Assembly: GCA_010093815.1 (NCBI GenBank)
Contig: ML996600.1
Strand: one strand, 5' to 3'
Origin: Pseudovirgaria hyperparasitica
Taxonomy: Eukaryota
DNA: 32,179 bases
Positions 1 to 11,380 of the stretch are shown piece after piece. Positions within the stretch are counted from its first letter, which is position 1. Every line of letters starts with the position of its first letter. Both the position numbers and the translations under genes were made by a program. The notes below the pieces were generated by a model. The model made no database searches and was not told the DNA's origin. It saw only the letters and a list, made by a program, of their open reading frames with translations.

Positions 1-301
1 CGAGCCAGCTGGAGTGCTTGCAGGGCGGCATTTCCAGACTTGCGCAACTGAAAATGAGTGGGAGCTTGTTTTTATATCAGGACAGCAGATCTTTCTTGAG
101 ATACGGTCGTGTTCTATACAAGAATTGGGCTAGAACCAGTCGACTACGAAACAGGGACTTCTTTAGAAATGCCGTTGTCCCGAAGTAGGAGCAGACAAGT
201 TTTGGGGTCTGTTCTAAAAATGTACTCTATACTCTTATATCGTTCTGCCGCGCCTTTCTCCTTTCTGCCCTGTAATAACTTCTGGAGAGTTGGTCGCGAT
301 G

Positions 302-1234
302 ATGGACTTCGCTCTCGCTGTCTTTATGGCTTTCATTGCTCTTTTTGAATAGACATTGGCCGAATACTACTCCGGCGTTGGCCCACACTACGAAATGTCC
401 GACGCTCCTCAAGGTAAGGTGTTTGTTAGGAACTACTGTGTCAAGGACTTTTATGCATACCATACGACTGCATTTGACGATCCTAATCCTGAGAATGGAA
501 TTGCACTCAAAGCCGGGCATGAAATATCTTTTCCTGTCATCATTCCCGAGAGGGGCTGTCAGTGTGGAACAAGTATAAAGCTCTTCGAAGCCCAGACAAA
601 ATCGGGCAAGCAAACCCAAATGGAGTATAGCATACGTGATGTCGGCGATCGGAAAGACTGGTTTATAAGCTATGACATCTCTTTCGTGGATTGTGCAACA
701 AGTACTCCTGGCGTCGTTGATACCTTTTTCAAAAATCATACTGGTCAAGGGTGTCCTGGATGGGACGAGGGCGTCAAGGTCTACGGAACTAATGGTCGCG
801 AATGTGGTGCGATGCAATGCTCCAAGAGCAAGTTCTGTCCATGGGATGCATACTTTGAACCTGAGCCAGCCAAAGGCACAGAGAACCCGTATCAGCCTGT
901 ACGCCAATGCGCAGCCGGATCGATCGATGCTGACATCCATTTTGTTTTGTGCTCCGGCACCACATCCGACGGCGGTGATCCGGCCATCCCCGGCTACCGA
1001 GCACCTTCACCGGATGACGGACCGAACGCTACGCCGCAGCATTTCTCTGCTTCATCTCCCTCTCCCTCTCCGTCACTTGCCAGCTTGGTGCACCAGGGCA
1101 CATCGCCTCTGTACAGCCCGGCAGACGATGGCGTCACGACACGTTATGCGGCTGCTCCAGCTATAGTGACGATTGCGGTCACCGGGACTGCCCTACTCTC
1201 TGAGGATAATCTTGCTAAGATCTTCATAGCTTAG
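302..1234 (+). pseudogene. Secreted Bys1/thaumatin-like Cys-containing protein with a nonsense codon in the signal peptide
   Basis: ATG at 302 is in frame with the 356..1234 ORF and reads MDFALAVFMAFIALFE*TLA-EYYSG (TAG at 350-352), a hydrophobic signal peptide. The mature part has Bys1-like motifs (VFVRNYC, GTSIKL, TQMEYS, SYDISFVDC, CPG), then a Ser/Pro-rich stretch and a hydrophobic C-terminus. Confidence 0.6.
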
Positions 1235-1613
1235 CGGGTTGAAGAAGAGCATCTTGACTGGGTTGTTAGTTAGTGTTCTTGAATCCAGGAGCCGGAAGCT
1301 ATCAGGCGATGTCCTATTATAGATGTTCCAGTAACACTACTCGTGTTCCTGCCGTCGCGTGCAATGAGCACGGCACCCAAGTGTCCCGCGAATATGCCGC
1401 GTGGCCCAACAGAGTTACTATCAGATAATGAGGAGACTAAACTCGTAAACGAGGGTCAAGAGGGTCAGGTTCTACGAAAACAACAGATGTGTGTCTGACG
1501 GTACTGAGCATCATCTTCATAGATTAGTTCACAGTGTCATCATGCTGAGCCGTCTGATACTGAGCCGTTAAATCCACTAAGTCGCCGCCTAGTCTCGGCT
1601 AAACTGGTAGGCC

Positions 1614-1790
1614 ATGGATACTGAGCCATGGAATTGCAAGGACCTTCCGCACAACGCGCAGGCCATCCTTACTCAACGGTTCACGCAGCGGCTCGCAGAC
1701 CCATATCTTACTGCGCTGACAGATCTAAGTGTCCGTCAGGTACAAGTATGTTTCGCTGATGCTCGTGCGAGGAAGCTCTGTCGAGGACAA
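1614..1790 (+). pseudogene. Degenerate TALE/KN-type homeodomain fragment
   Basis: LPHNAQAILTQRF...DPYLT-ALTDLSVRQVQVCFADARARK follows the TALE homeodomain pattern (LP..a..iL..W...PYPt...tgLt..QV.nWF.NaRrR), but W, N and part of helix 2 are lost. Confidence 0.45.
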
Positions 1791-2171
1791 GCGAAAGCAA
1801 GGGTTGTGCTGAAAAAGTTACGGACGAATCACATCAACCGCCCGATCACCTTTTCTTCCAAACAGTCTCAACTCTTGGAGTGGAGACAATCGAAGCGGGG
1901 TAGTTGTGGTCCTCTACTCTCTTGCATCGTTTCTTCAAGGAGTTCGGGGACTTCATGGATCGGGGCAAACCCTTCAAGGTCTTTAAACCATACAGACTCG
2001 CAGCACTGTGCAAGAACCTAGCGATTTCCGAATTGACTGTCGCCTCATGTTAGGTGTTTGATATCATGTGTTTGATATCTTATGTAATAATGAATGATAC
2101 TCACGCTGTGCCAAAAATATTCGTTACCTTTGGACGTGTTCGAATACCGTCGAAAGCTTTGGTACTCCGGA

Positions 2172-2708
2172 TCAAGGACCACATGCAAGCATGACTTTGA
2201 AGCCGTCAAGCTCTCTTTTCGAGATTTGATGTAATTCCATGCTCGGTACATCTCGGTCGGCTTCTGGGCAATGGTATTCGTAGTGTAGGTATGGTCGAGT
2301 AATGATTGTTTCTGCACCATAGTATTTCGCTCGTAGCCTAGTAATATTTAGATCTGGGGAAGGATCGTTATAATCATCCCAATCCACACCCATCGCTTTA
2401 CTCACGTTTAGCCAGTTATATAGCCAATTGAGAAACGAAGGTATGCCTGTTGACGCCTCTCTACCGAATGGAGGTTCGTATACGCCAGCTGGGAAGTTGT
2501 GTGGTGGATGGTTCCATAAGGGGAATAGGTACATGGGGACCTGATTGAGTATCTTACGCAATTGTATCTGTGCTGAATACAACACTATGGTGATGTCACG
2601 CTGGTTGTCGACTTGCTGGGCCTTGTCTTCGTGTGTCAGACCTTCACCCCTACCGTATATCCGTAAGATTCCCCGTTCCTCTTCAATCTTTAAGGGGTAG
2701 TCACCCAA
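2172..2708 (-). pseudogene. Fragment of the C-terminal region of a fungal C6 (Zn2Cys6-type) transcription factor
   Basis: YSAQIQLRKILNQV...W...PSPDLNITRLRAKYYGAETIITRPYLH resembles the conserved C-terminal region of a family of fungal C6-finger proteins. No Zn2Cys6 cluster or complete gene structure was found. Confidence 0.4.
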
Positions 2709-3337
2709 AATAGGAACCAGTTCCAGACGAGGAGACTGGATTGGCTTGGACTAATGTTTGAAGAAATACGGTACTGGTAGTATATGTGTGAAAATGCTGT
2801 ACCATGCACGAGGTTCTTTTTGATAAGGACACTTCAGCCTCGTTGGCTATTCTATTTTCCATGTCGAAGCAGAAGGAAGCAAAATGATGCACTGTACGGC
2901 CTTACAAACCCCTCAACTTGGCGGAATGAGATCCGGATGCCTTGGGCTTTATATGTATGACGGACTGTGCGACATCGCTCGGAGATCTTGCTGCTCATAC
3001 ATTTGTTTCCCAAATTAATGGTGAGGCGGACCTCGAATGGTATGTCATGTACGTCACGCGGACTACCCGCGTACTGTTCGTGGAATGATCTGTATTGTAC
3101 ATAGCCTATCATTCCTCTGTCGAAATCACATTATCGGCTACCCTATCTCTTCTCCGAATCAATTTCAACTTCTTTGAACGGGGGCAAGTCTTGAATAGTT
3201 TTGGCGTTACGCGAATCGGAATGGGGTAATTCTGGTCCTGTTGGCCTTGTTAGTACATTCTCCCAGATGATCAGCGCCTTCATCTTACTAGCATCTTCAG
3301 ATCTGTCAGCCAAGAGACACCGTCCTCGGAGTCACAC

Positions 3338-3736
3338 ATACTACTTTTAGATTGCGCGATCGTATCTAAGCAATCGTCGTGCTGAGCTTTGAAGTAGGTT
3401 GAACACACAACCACACTCTTCTCGATACCAATCCGCAAGCATGTGTCCTGTCGTGTGGATCTCCCCAACAACTCCTTCTCGTCGTGGGAGTAAATGGAGG
3501 AGTTGTTTCGAGACTCTTCGGTCCTACATACTTGGTCGTCACAAGCCTGCCGGCTACGACAGCTGTGAATCGCTTCTAGAGCCACCAACATTTGAGACTG
3601 CGAGCATCGCCCGCCAATACAAAGGAGCTCGCAAGGCGGACACCCGGATCAATCGCAAGGCTGTGGCAGATCAAGATGGAGAACACGGCATGGGCAGACA
3701 CTATCGAATATGAGGAGAGCTTCAAAAGTGAGGTCA
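3338..3736 (+). repeat. 399-bp dispersed repeat, copy 1 (inverted relative to 29229-29627)
   Basis: It aligns colinearly with the reverse complement of 29229-29627, with scattered substitutions. Both copies keep the small ORF MLVAL..SHDEKELLGRS..STYFKAQHDDCLDTIAQSKSS. Confidence 0.9.
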
Positions 3737-4215
3737 GGTCCCACCCCCTGCAACCCGGCAGTTGATGTAGGCGACGATTGAGTCTCGGAAGCCTGTGCAA
3801 GATAGGCCGGGTCGATCGTGAGATGGGGCGTTTCTATCTCCCTAAGCAAACTCTCATTGTTCTTGGCGAGCGTAGCATTGGCCTCGTGAAGCTGTGCTAC
3901 TTGAGAAACTAATTCACCCGTGGCATCGCGAAGCTGGCTGTAAAAGTGTTGCAAAGTTGTACGAACCGGGAGACATCTCTCTTGAATATCGCGATCGATA
4001 TGAATGAATGCATCATGGAGCTGCACTGTTATCAGTTCCATAGCGATCTTCACAATCTTTAGCTTACCATGTCTGTCACCTCTGATTCTGGCAGCATGGT
4101 TTGTAAAGCTACTGGTAGACAGTCCCGCCTGGATAAGTCTAGATATTGGAAAAAGCTTGGTATCGTGAATCTCATCATGTGTTCTTTGTGCTTCATTTAT
4201 ATCAGACATGACCAT
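3649..4215 (-). CDS. Hypothetical protein with a coiled-coil segment (possibly a pseudogene)
   Basis: 188-aa ATG ORF with a heptad-like stretch LRDATGELVSQVAQLHEANATLAKNNESLLREIE. Its 3' end runs into the 399-bp repeat. No family recognised. Confidence 0.3.
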   Translation of the reverse strand: MVMSDINEAQRTHDEIHDTKLFPISRLIQAGLSTSSFTNHAARIRGDRHGKLKIVKIAMELITVQLHDAFIHIDRDIQERCLPVRTTLQHFYSQLRDATGELVSQVAQLHEANATLAKNNESLLREIETPHLTIDPAYLAQASETQSSPTSTAGLQGVGPDLTFEALLIFDSVCPCRVLHLDLPQPCD

Positions 4216-4258
4216 CTACAATCGGATACAATCTGAGGTCCTAGATTAGAATTGTATG

Positions 4259-4482
4259 TGTTGGAGATTGTGGGAAGATTGTTCCTTTATTGATCTGATT
4301 TCCTCCTTTCATGGAGAAGTCGGCTTCTTTTATAGACATGATTTCAGGCTTCAAGGCCTCAATTCAACCTTGAAGTCTTATTCGCCGATATACAGTTATC
4401 AGCTTGCTTACATAATACACTGTGGTCGAGGATTGCTCAGCCAACTTCTTCATTGCCTTGTATATAGGTCTCTATTCTGACA
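4259..4482 (-). repeat. Putative 3' LTR of the Ty1/Copia remnant
   Basis: On the minus strand TGTCAGA.. begins right after a polypurine run (GAGGGGGGG, 4483-4491) at the end of the Copia RNase H. A TATA-like TCTATAAAAG lies inside. The far end (TGTTGGA at 4259) is inferred from imperfect terminal inversion only, and there is no second LTR in the window. Confidence 0.45.
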
Positions 4483-5730
4483 CCCCCCCTCAGGTTTGGC
4501 TATCTCATAGCTAAAGCTAGATCTCGTTTGTTGGGACCAATTCAGTTGTTTTAGAAACTGCTTTTGTTGTTGCTTCGTCAAAAGCCTCGTAAATCCGTCC
4601 GCAGGCATTTCTGCCGTTGGGAGCCATTTGATTGTGATATGCCCTCGTTGTGTTTCTTGCCGCAGCCAGTTCTGATGAACATCGGTATGGCGGAGTTTCG
4701 TGTTGATCTTGGGGATTTCGTTCGTCGCGATCCGGATTGTCGCCTGGTTGTCGCCGTACATTACCATCTCCTGTTCTGCTTCGAATTGGATGCTCTCAAG
4801 GAAGCGCAACCACCATTTGTAGTGACTGCCTTCGTGAGACAGAGCCGTGAGCTCGGCCTCCGTCGTTGATTTGGTTACAGTTCTTTGTTCCTTCGCTGCC
4901 CAATCAATGGGACCGCCAAAGAGTTTGAACAGAAAACCTTCAGAAGATGCTCGATTGCTGATGTCATCAGCAAAAGCCGCGTCGCTAGCCCCTTGGAATA
5001 TCTCAGTTGCACCTCGGCCGTCGTACAGGATACCAAGACTTTGTGTCTGATAGAGGTACTGTATGACTCGATCGGCGCTTCGGATGTCTTCGATTGACGG
5101 GTTCTGCAGGTGTTCAGCCAGTATCGAGTGGGCTTTGGCCACATCTGGACGTGAAAACACTGCAGCATATCCTATCGAGCCAACTTTCTGTTGATATTCA
5201 TAGATTTGATGGGGTGATAGTTTTGCGTAGTTCTCTTTTTGGTCTTGTGTTTGACCTTGTTTTTGGTCCTGGTTTTGACCTTGTTTTTGGTCCTGCCCCT
5301 GACCATTGTTTGGTTTTGAAGTTCTTGCATCAGGATAGGTAAGAGGTAACGGCGTCAGGTACTTGTTTGAATCGTGTTGCAGATGAAATCTTGCAGCAAT
5401 ATTAGAGATATATACATCTTGCAGAAGATAGAGCTTGCGCTCGGCTCTGTTGCGTCTGATCTTGATGCCGAGAAACTTATCTGGTGTGCATTCACGCATC
5501 TGAAAGATTTCCATGATGGCTATCTTAAAGTCTTGGAGAAGCTGAGTGTACTTTGGTAGTGCAATTGCGAAAAAGTCGTCAACGAAATAGAAGACGAGTA
5601 TGCGCCCGTCTCGCGCAGAAGTCGAGCAAGGAGCTCCTTGTTTATTCGAAGCATATCAGCGTTACGGCCATCCCTATAATCGAAAAGAAGGCAGCACCGG
5701 AATGATGCAAAGCCTTTCGGCAGAGACCAC
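4450..5730 (-). mobile_element. pol: Ty1/Copia retrotransposon remnant: C-terminal half of RT plus RNase H
   Basis: The 4450..5514 frame extends upstream without a stop to include DGRILVFYFVDDFFA (the YVDD-type site, ~5575-5586). Downstream motifs are FLGIKIRR, YQQKVGSIGYAA..RPDVA, SDAAFADD, PIDWAAKEQRTVTKSTTEAE, GDNQAT, RHTDVHQNWLRQ and PTAEMPADGFT. Further upstream LPKGF..LRINKEL lies in another frame, indicating frameshift or deletion. Confidence 0.92.
5236..5304 (-). repeat. In-frame 24-nt tandem repeat (~3 units) inside the Copia RT
   Basis: It encodes GQGQDQKQ-GQNQDQKQ-GQTQDQKE, and the plus-strand unit TTTTTGGTCCTGGTTTTGACCTTG recurs with period 24. Confidence 0.85.
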
Positions 5731-6284
5731 CCTACTTTCCATATCGGAGACTTCCAACCAACAATACAATGGATGCAACATTGGCGTAAGGTCGATGGAA
5801 GATGCATGCGCGGAGGAGTCTCAGCTGGGCCATTCATCTCAACCTCAGGGACCGGTAGCCCCACCGAACTCCCCGATCAGCATTACAAATCGACTTCTCT
5901 CATCTCAGGACGTCGTATCTCGTGCGTATCTCGAGGGACGTACTCGCATCTGGTTACCACCTAAGGTCAGAGACACCAAAATCTGGTTTATCTTGCCAGG
6001 ATATATGTCTGGTCGCCGCATTCCTGATGAGCCGTACCAACTCCTTTTTGACTTGCTCCTCACGATACTGAGCCCTGGTGTATAATCAAGTGAGTTTAAG
6101 GAGTTCGATAAAGCTCAACTATTGGAGGAGTGGTTCAGGTACATACCTTTGGGTCTCTACCCTGGATCCAAGGAGCTAGAAGAATTCGCTGTCTCCTTTG
6201 TAATGACAGTGTGTCCACTCCGAATGCTCTTACCCAGGACGTGTTGGTTCTGTATTTTCTATACTAGTGAATCACCGTTACATC

Positions 6285-7181
6285 TCAGGAATCGGTTTGT
6301 GCCTCTCTGATCATCTCTCTGAATAGCAAAAGCTCCTCGTCCAACACCCTCTGGCGCCGCAGTGGTCTGAGAGAATCAAGCCACCAGTGTGGAGACATCA
6401 TCGCGCTACTGAAATCAACAAGTTTTCCATCCAGGTAATTCCTCGCGTACAGGTCTACTGGGTATATTCCCAAATTCCTCAGTTCGTGTAGGTCTCGCTC
6501 CATTTCTTCTGCATTAACGATGGCCTCCTTGGACTCTACGAGCTCTTTCACCAAAGCTCGGAACGGTGGCTTCTCCCGCCAGCTCTTGTCTTCATCTTCT
6601 TCTGGCCAGTCCCAGTCTCGAATCCCAAATTGCTCGCTGAAAATTTCCCCATACTGTTCTGCTGGGAGATAAAGATAGCCGTAGCAGGGCACAGCTAGTC
6701 GGTGTGGATGTTCCCGATGTTGCCGCCTCTCGTCTCTTGTTCGTTGTTCTTGCTGCTGTTGCTCATGGGTTTGCAGCTTTCCGTATGCTCTACACTCTGC
6801 ATAAAATGGATCGGAGTGATAGGTGATTATCTCATCGCTTGCCTTGACCCTATCGGTAGGAAATACCGAAGAGCGTTCTTGCTCGACACTAAAGAACTTG
6901 AACTAGACGTATATTAGGCTTGAACGACAAAGCAGTGATTAAATATACGCGTATTTACTTACGACCTTTAGTGCATACTTCTTCTTACCTATGCGAACCT
7001 TGAAGACATAGCTGTGACCTCCTTCGGCTCCTTCAGATCCGTCCAAGCGCGGCGACGAACTAAGAAGCTTTAGGAAGTGGATATTACCCTTATGCCTCTT
7101 GAATGGCAACAGCTTTGGTCCTTCGCAAGGTGGCAATGGCCTTCTAGGACTATATGCGAGCTGGAAGCGCGCCAGCGACAT
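6285..7181 (-). CDS. FTA2-domain (fungal kinase-like fold) protein, 2 exons (7181-6963, 6902-6285), ~278 aa
   Basis: Exon 1 reads PLPPCEGPKLLPF...GGHSYVFKVRIGKKKYALKV. A 60-nt intron (GTAAGT..CCTAAT..TAG, 6962-6903) joins it in frame to FKFF..DPFYAECRAYGKL..AVPCYGYLYL..RALVKELV..LGIYPVDLYARNYLDGKLVDFSSA, the motif order typical of fungal FTA2-like proteins. Confidence 0.8.
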
Positions 7182-7504
7182 GTTGTAGCGAAGTTTGAGG
7201 TCTTCTCGCTCTGAAGATCCGGAACAAAAGCTGACCTTGATAAGTTGCACAAAGCAAGGCAGGCATTCCTGCCACAGAGCTGAGGGGGTGTTTGAAACCT
7301 CAGCTGACGTTCAATTTGCGACGTTTCTGACGTTCAATACCCCATATTCGACCGGTGTTTGAAATTGAATCTCACCTCCAGCTTAAAACCCGAGCTGAAG
7401 ACAGGGATTAGACGACGGCGTGGAACTAAAGGATTGTGGCTTCGGGATGGCTGAACTTACCTATATTAAGTATTAGTGCATCAATCTACAGGCAAGTAGC
7501 CCAG

Positions 7505-7575
7505 CATACGGCTAAACCGTGGCCCTGACCGCAAAAAGTCGGGTTTTGCGGTCAGGGCCACGGTTTAGCCGTATG
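7505..7575. repeat. Perfect inverted repeat with 32-bp arms and a 7-nt loop; possible TIR-only mini-transposon with TA flanks
   Basis: CATACGGCTAAACCGTGGCCCTGACCGCAAAA-agtcggg-TTTTGCGGTCAGGGCCACGGTTTAGCCGTATG, with TA at 7507-7508 and 7572-7573. Confidence 0.9.
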
Positions 7576-7714
7576 ATCAAGGTACCTGCATTTACCCTCA
7601 CCCCCTGGTTCATGCAACAGATATGCAGCACTACTGTCTCGTCCTCCATAGCAGTTGCCTTCTTTCCAGTGATGGGGGATAATGAATTATACTCCGTATC
7701 GTCGCTCCAATCGA

Positions 7715-7774
7715 TCCGGAGTGGCGGAGTCACGGAGTGTCACTCCGGTCACTCCTTTGTCACTCCACTCCGGA
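7715..7774. repeat. Cluster of GGAGT/ACTCC units forming an imperfect palindrome
   Basis: TCCGGAGTGG (7715-7724) and CCACTCCGGA (7765-7774) enclose further GGAGT units and three GTCACTCC units. Confidence 0.7.
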
Positions 7775-7785
7775 GCGTATTAGCA

Positions 7786-8223
7786 TTACTTGCTTACCAA
7801 CTTCATCGAATTGATGGTTCTTAAATATGGGGAATCGCCATAGAGAGCCCTGTGGAGATTATGTACGAACAGAGACAGACTAACGTTGCTCTCTATGGTC
7901 TTCCGCCCATCGATTTCGGGGTCGTCGTTCCATCCGCCAACTGCAAGACAGACTTGGACATCGGGGCAATTCACTTTCAGGCCTAGGGACGCGCAGGCGA
8001 AGTCGAGCACTGGGGGGAGACTCTCGGTATACGGGTTGGGAACACAAGGCGCTAATGAGCCAGAGCCGGCAGCGACCCGTCGTTTTCTGGCAGCAAGTGC
8101 TTCCTCAAATGAAGTGCCTATCTTAGACATTATTGCATTAGTTCTCTCTTCTGCCAGCATGAAGGGCTTGGTAATATGATAAGAGCCCCATAGGACACAA
8201 GAAGACTTGGGTGGCAAAACCAA
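7786..8223 (-). pseudogene. Possible remnant of a GH18 chitinase N-terminal region
   Basis: LKVNCPDVQVCLAVGGWND...LFVHNL resembles the GH18 lK..p.vKv.lsiGGW....F..nl pattern. The catalytic DxxDxDxE motif is absent. Confidence 0.25.
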
Positions 8224-10430
8224 TAGCGATTCGACATTTCACTGTTCCCTTCGGCAAGGATTCTTTATTGACCAGATATCTACCTTGTGAATAGGTTCAT
8301 GGTCAACGACAAACTCAAAACATAAAGACCCCTTATATCTTCGAAAATTACCTTAGAGCGGATTATTATTACCTAGCTTAACTCAAAGTGTATAGGAACG
8401 CCTTCGCCTACTTGAAAGACACTCTCATGGGTGGGCTCTTGTTTGAAGTGAAGGTATACTTCATTGGCACTGCGCATGTAAGTTCACCAAATGCCTTGGT
8501 GATACGGCTGCACGTACGAAAAAAAAAGTTGGGATAGCCAACAATCAGGCCCGGTATTGTGTGGCAAGTATCGTATCCCGGGCCGACCTTCCTGAAGGCG
8601 TTTTCGGAGTAGTCTTTCCTGGCCCCTTGACTCCTCCCAGATATCAGACATCGAGATCCACCATCGTGTGCTCAGAGGAGATGATCAAGGTTGTTCAACT
8701 GATTCCAGGACGTGACAGTCTTCGAATCTTCCACGCTACAGATCTAACAGATTGTTTGAATAAAGATTAATACCTCCGATCACGTTTTCATTCCAAAAAG
8801 TTTCGAACATTTGTATTTGTCCGTATCTATTTCTGTGACGCACTTACCTAGGCTAAGGGGCCCGGACTCCCTTATAAAACCCGAGCTTACCCCTTATGAA
8901 TAATATTACTCTTGGTTATCAGGGCACAGATCACACCCCAGACGCAGTGTGGATCCGAATTTCACCGCGACCAAGAACAATGCTAGGGTTTTCACTAAGC
9001 CTTCCAATCAGCAAGGACATCGGTTACGTCTTAGCCAGCCATGGGGATCTGAAATCTGTTCCTTGCTCGCGAGGGGCATGCATCTGACGTGGCAGACTGG
9101 GTGCCCCATAGACGTGCCGGGGCCCCACGGTCTCGGCACGCGCCCGCAATGTGCACTTGACAAATTCATTCAAGGTGAGGTAGGCAGGGGTCCAGGTCAG
9201 CACGTTCGGTTCGCCAACGTTCCCGCGATATTAGGATATGTCAGCGACGCAGTTTAGGATATAGTAAATTAAGCTAGATTTTCTTCATTATAGGTCTACC
9301 TCGTATTGCTTGTGTTACATTGCCAATATTTATATAGTCTCAGAGCAAGTATCTCGATGGGCGCCGATACTTGACGCTCAATATTAAGGAGATTGTACTA
9401 GTAAGTTGTATACTGGTCTGCTTCCTCTAGCAGATCTTCCACGATCTCAGGGCATCCTAAAGAACCTCGACGTCGCGCGTCCGTCTGCCATCGCTGCTGC
9501 CGCTGCGAGATGCCTATGTGAGCTTGATCTCAAGCTGTGTAATTAGGTTAACTGTATCTCGTAGTCGATCGTTCAGCGATTGGGATCCGTTTGTCGGTTG
9601 TTTCGGAGTTTGCACAATTGCTGTCTCCTGGAGGCGTTATATGTTGGCACGGAATAAGATAGATAATCCCAAGGAATTCTTGCACATACCTCAAAGTTCT
9701 TGGAACAAGCTCTGATGGCGTGGAGCGTGTGACTATTATCGCTGTTCTCGTCTTTCGTGCGGTGTACACCGATAATACCAGCAAAATTGCATTTGTGACC
9801 TAGAGAGCTCGTGAGTATATTTTTCGATGCTCTACGCGACTAAGATTACATTCTGGCTGAGCGCCATCGTACTGGGGGCACTGGTGAGCATAATCTATAT
9901 AGTTAAGAAGCTTAGCGTACCTGTATCTTCGGGCGATGGCAGGTCTCACAGCTGCGATTCAAGGTGTTGGTCTCGGACGAATAGTCCTCAGGTGCAATAC
10001 ATGTCATAGTAGGGGAGGACTGTGCTGTAGACAGATGTGAGACTGTCTCTGCAAGAGGGACATCGATAGATATTAGTACGTAGAGATCTAAATCGGGACA
10101 CTTAATGGGGAAGACTTTGCCTCATCCAATCCTGCATTTGCTATAAGAGGAGACGGCTCAGCGGGTGACTTGAGCTTACCTTGATGGGATAGCTAGGCCA
10201 TCAGGAGAAATAGACCGATCAATCTTTACCCTTGTCACGACAGTAAATCGCCCCTCCTCGGGGGATCCGTTCACATACTTTTGCTCCAATTAAGCGCGCA
10301 GCTGATCTCTTTAGGAGGTTACGACCAGCTCGGCAGTCGAGGGTCCGCTACGTCCGGCTAGGCACATGTCTTGGTAGGAAATGTCATCCATCGTTAGCAT
10401 GTACATCCTCAGCTGGTAGAAAGTTACCTT

Positions 10431-11380
10431 GTGTCTCTACACTCATCTAAACTGATAGACGACTGCTTCATACCTTTACACCTACCTAAGCTTATGCGAC
10501 ATGTCTGGATACCGTGTATTCTCTTCAAAGAGGGCCCTCATACTGAAAACGACGACCTACGCGATCCTGATATCATTCTAGCGGAACACAAGAGACGGAC
10601 ACATCAACCGCTATCGCCAAACTGTGAGAAGGTAGAGCTTCCTGGGTTTCCAGTTCCTGTTCTTAGATATAGGCCGGAAAACGCTGTCTATACGGGATTC
10701 CTGGTTGTAGGAGGGGGAGGTGTGTACGATAATTCACATCTACATTCAAAATACCATGCGCATATGGCGAACTCCCTCATGTGCGAACTACTTGTACCTC
10801 AGTATCGTTCAGCGGTTCAGGAGCCCTTCCCAGCGAGCCAGAAAGATATTAGCGCTGCTTTAGACTGCTTTCTAGACTTATTCAGAGGACGAAAGACTAT
10901 ACTCATCGGTGAAGTACATGATAGCTATATAGATCTACCAGGCTAAGCTAACTGGTTATAAAGTCTTTCGGAGGGTCGCTCTTACATAATGCCTTATGTT
11001 GGACTAGATGCGATATCGAGTCTACTTCTCGGCTCGAAGAAAAAGACGAGGATAGGAACGCCGACCGTTTCCTTGCATTCTTCGATATAATCAATCCCAA
11101 TCAAGAGGCAGAGTCATAGTATGCTCAGTGCTCGCCCTCGGCACAGACCCTTCCAGGAAGCCTACCTCCGGCTCAATCTATTTATGCTGAAGCAGAGTGC
11201 ATCTCCCAAGATGTCGTGGCGATGCACCGGATGTGGCACCCTAGCTTAGTTGTTCTCACTCCGGTGCCGGATGTCGATCATGGCTTCCTATTTGGTGAAC
11301 AGGAGGGTGATTTACCGGAGACAGTAAAATTTCTGGCGATGTTTCGACACGGCCCGCCAAGACAGTTGGTAGAACCATGA
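10431..11380 (+). pseudogene. HSL-family alpha/beta hydrolase (Abhydrolase_3-like) with one intron and a premature stop
   Basis: VVGGGG (HGGG-like) and QYRSAVQEPFPA (YRLAPEHPFPA-like) are present. Removing intron 10914-10963 (GTACAT..GCTAAC..AAG) builds the nucleophile elbow GE|SFGG. After an in-frame TAG at 11117-11119 the same frame continues LPP..AEAE..D...PDVDHGF to TGA at 11378-11380. The true start is uncertain. Confidence 0.7.

Noticed and set aside
227..940. 237-aa minus-strand ORF
   Set aside because: It is the antisense shadow of the Bys1-like gene, which has a signal peptide and family motifs.
8300..10400. Short ORFs between the GH18-like remnant and the hydrolase
   Set aside because: No motifs, splice-consistent structure or convincing starts.
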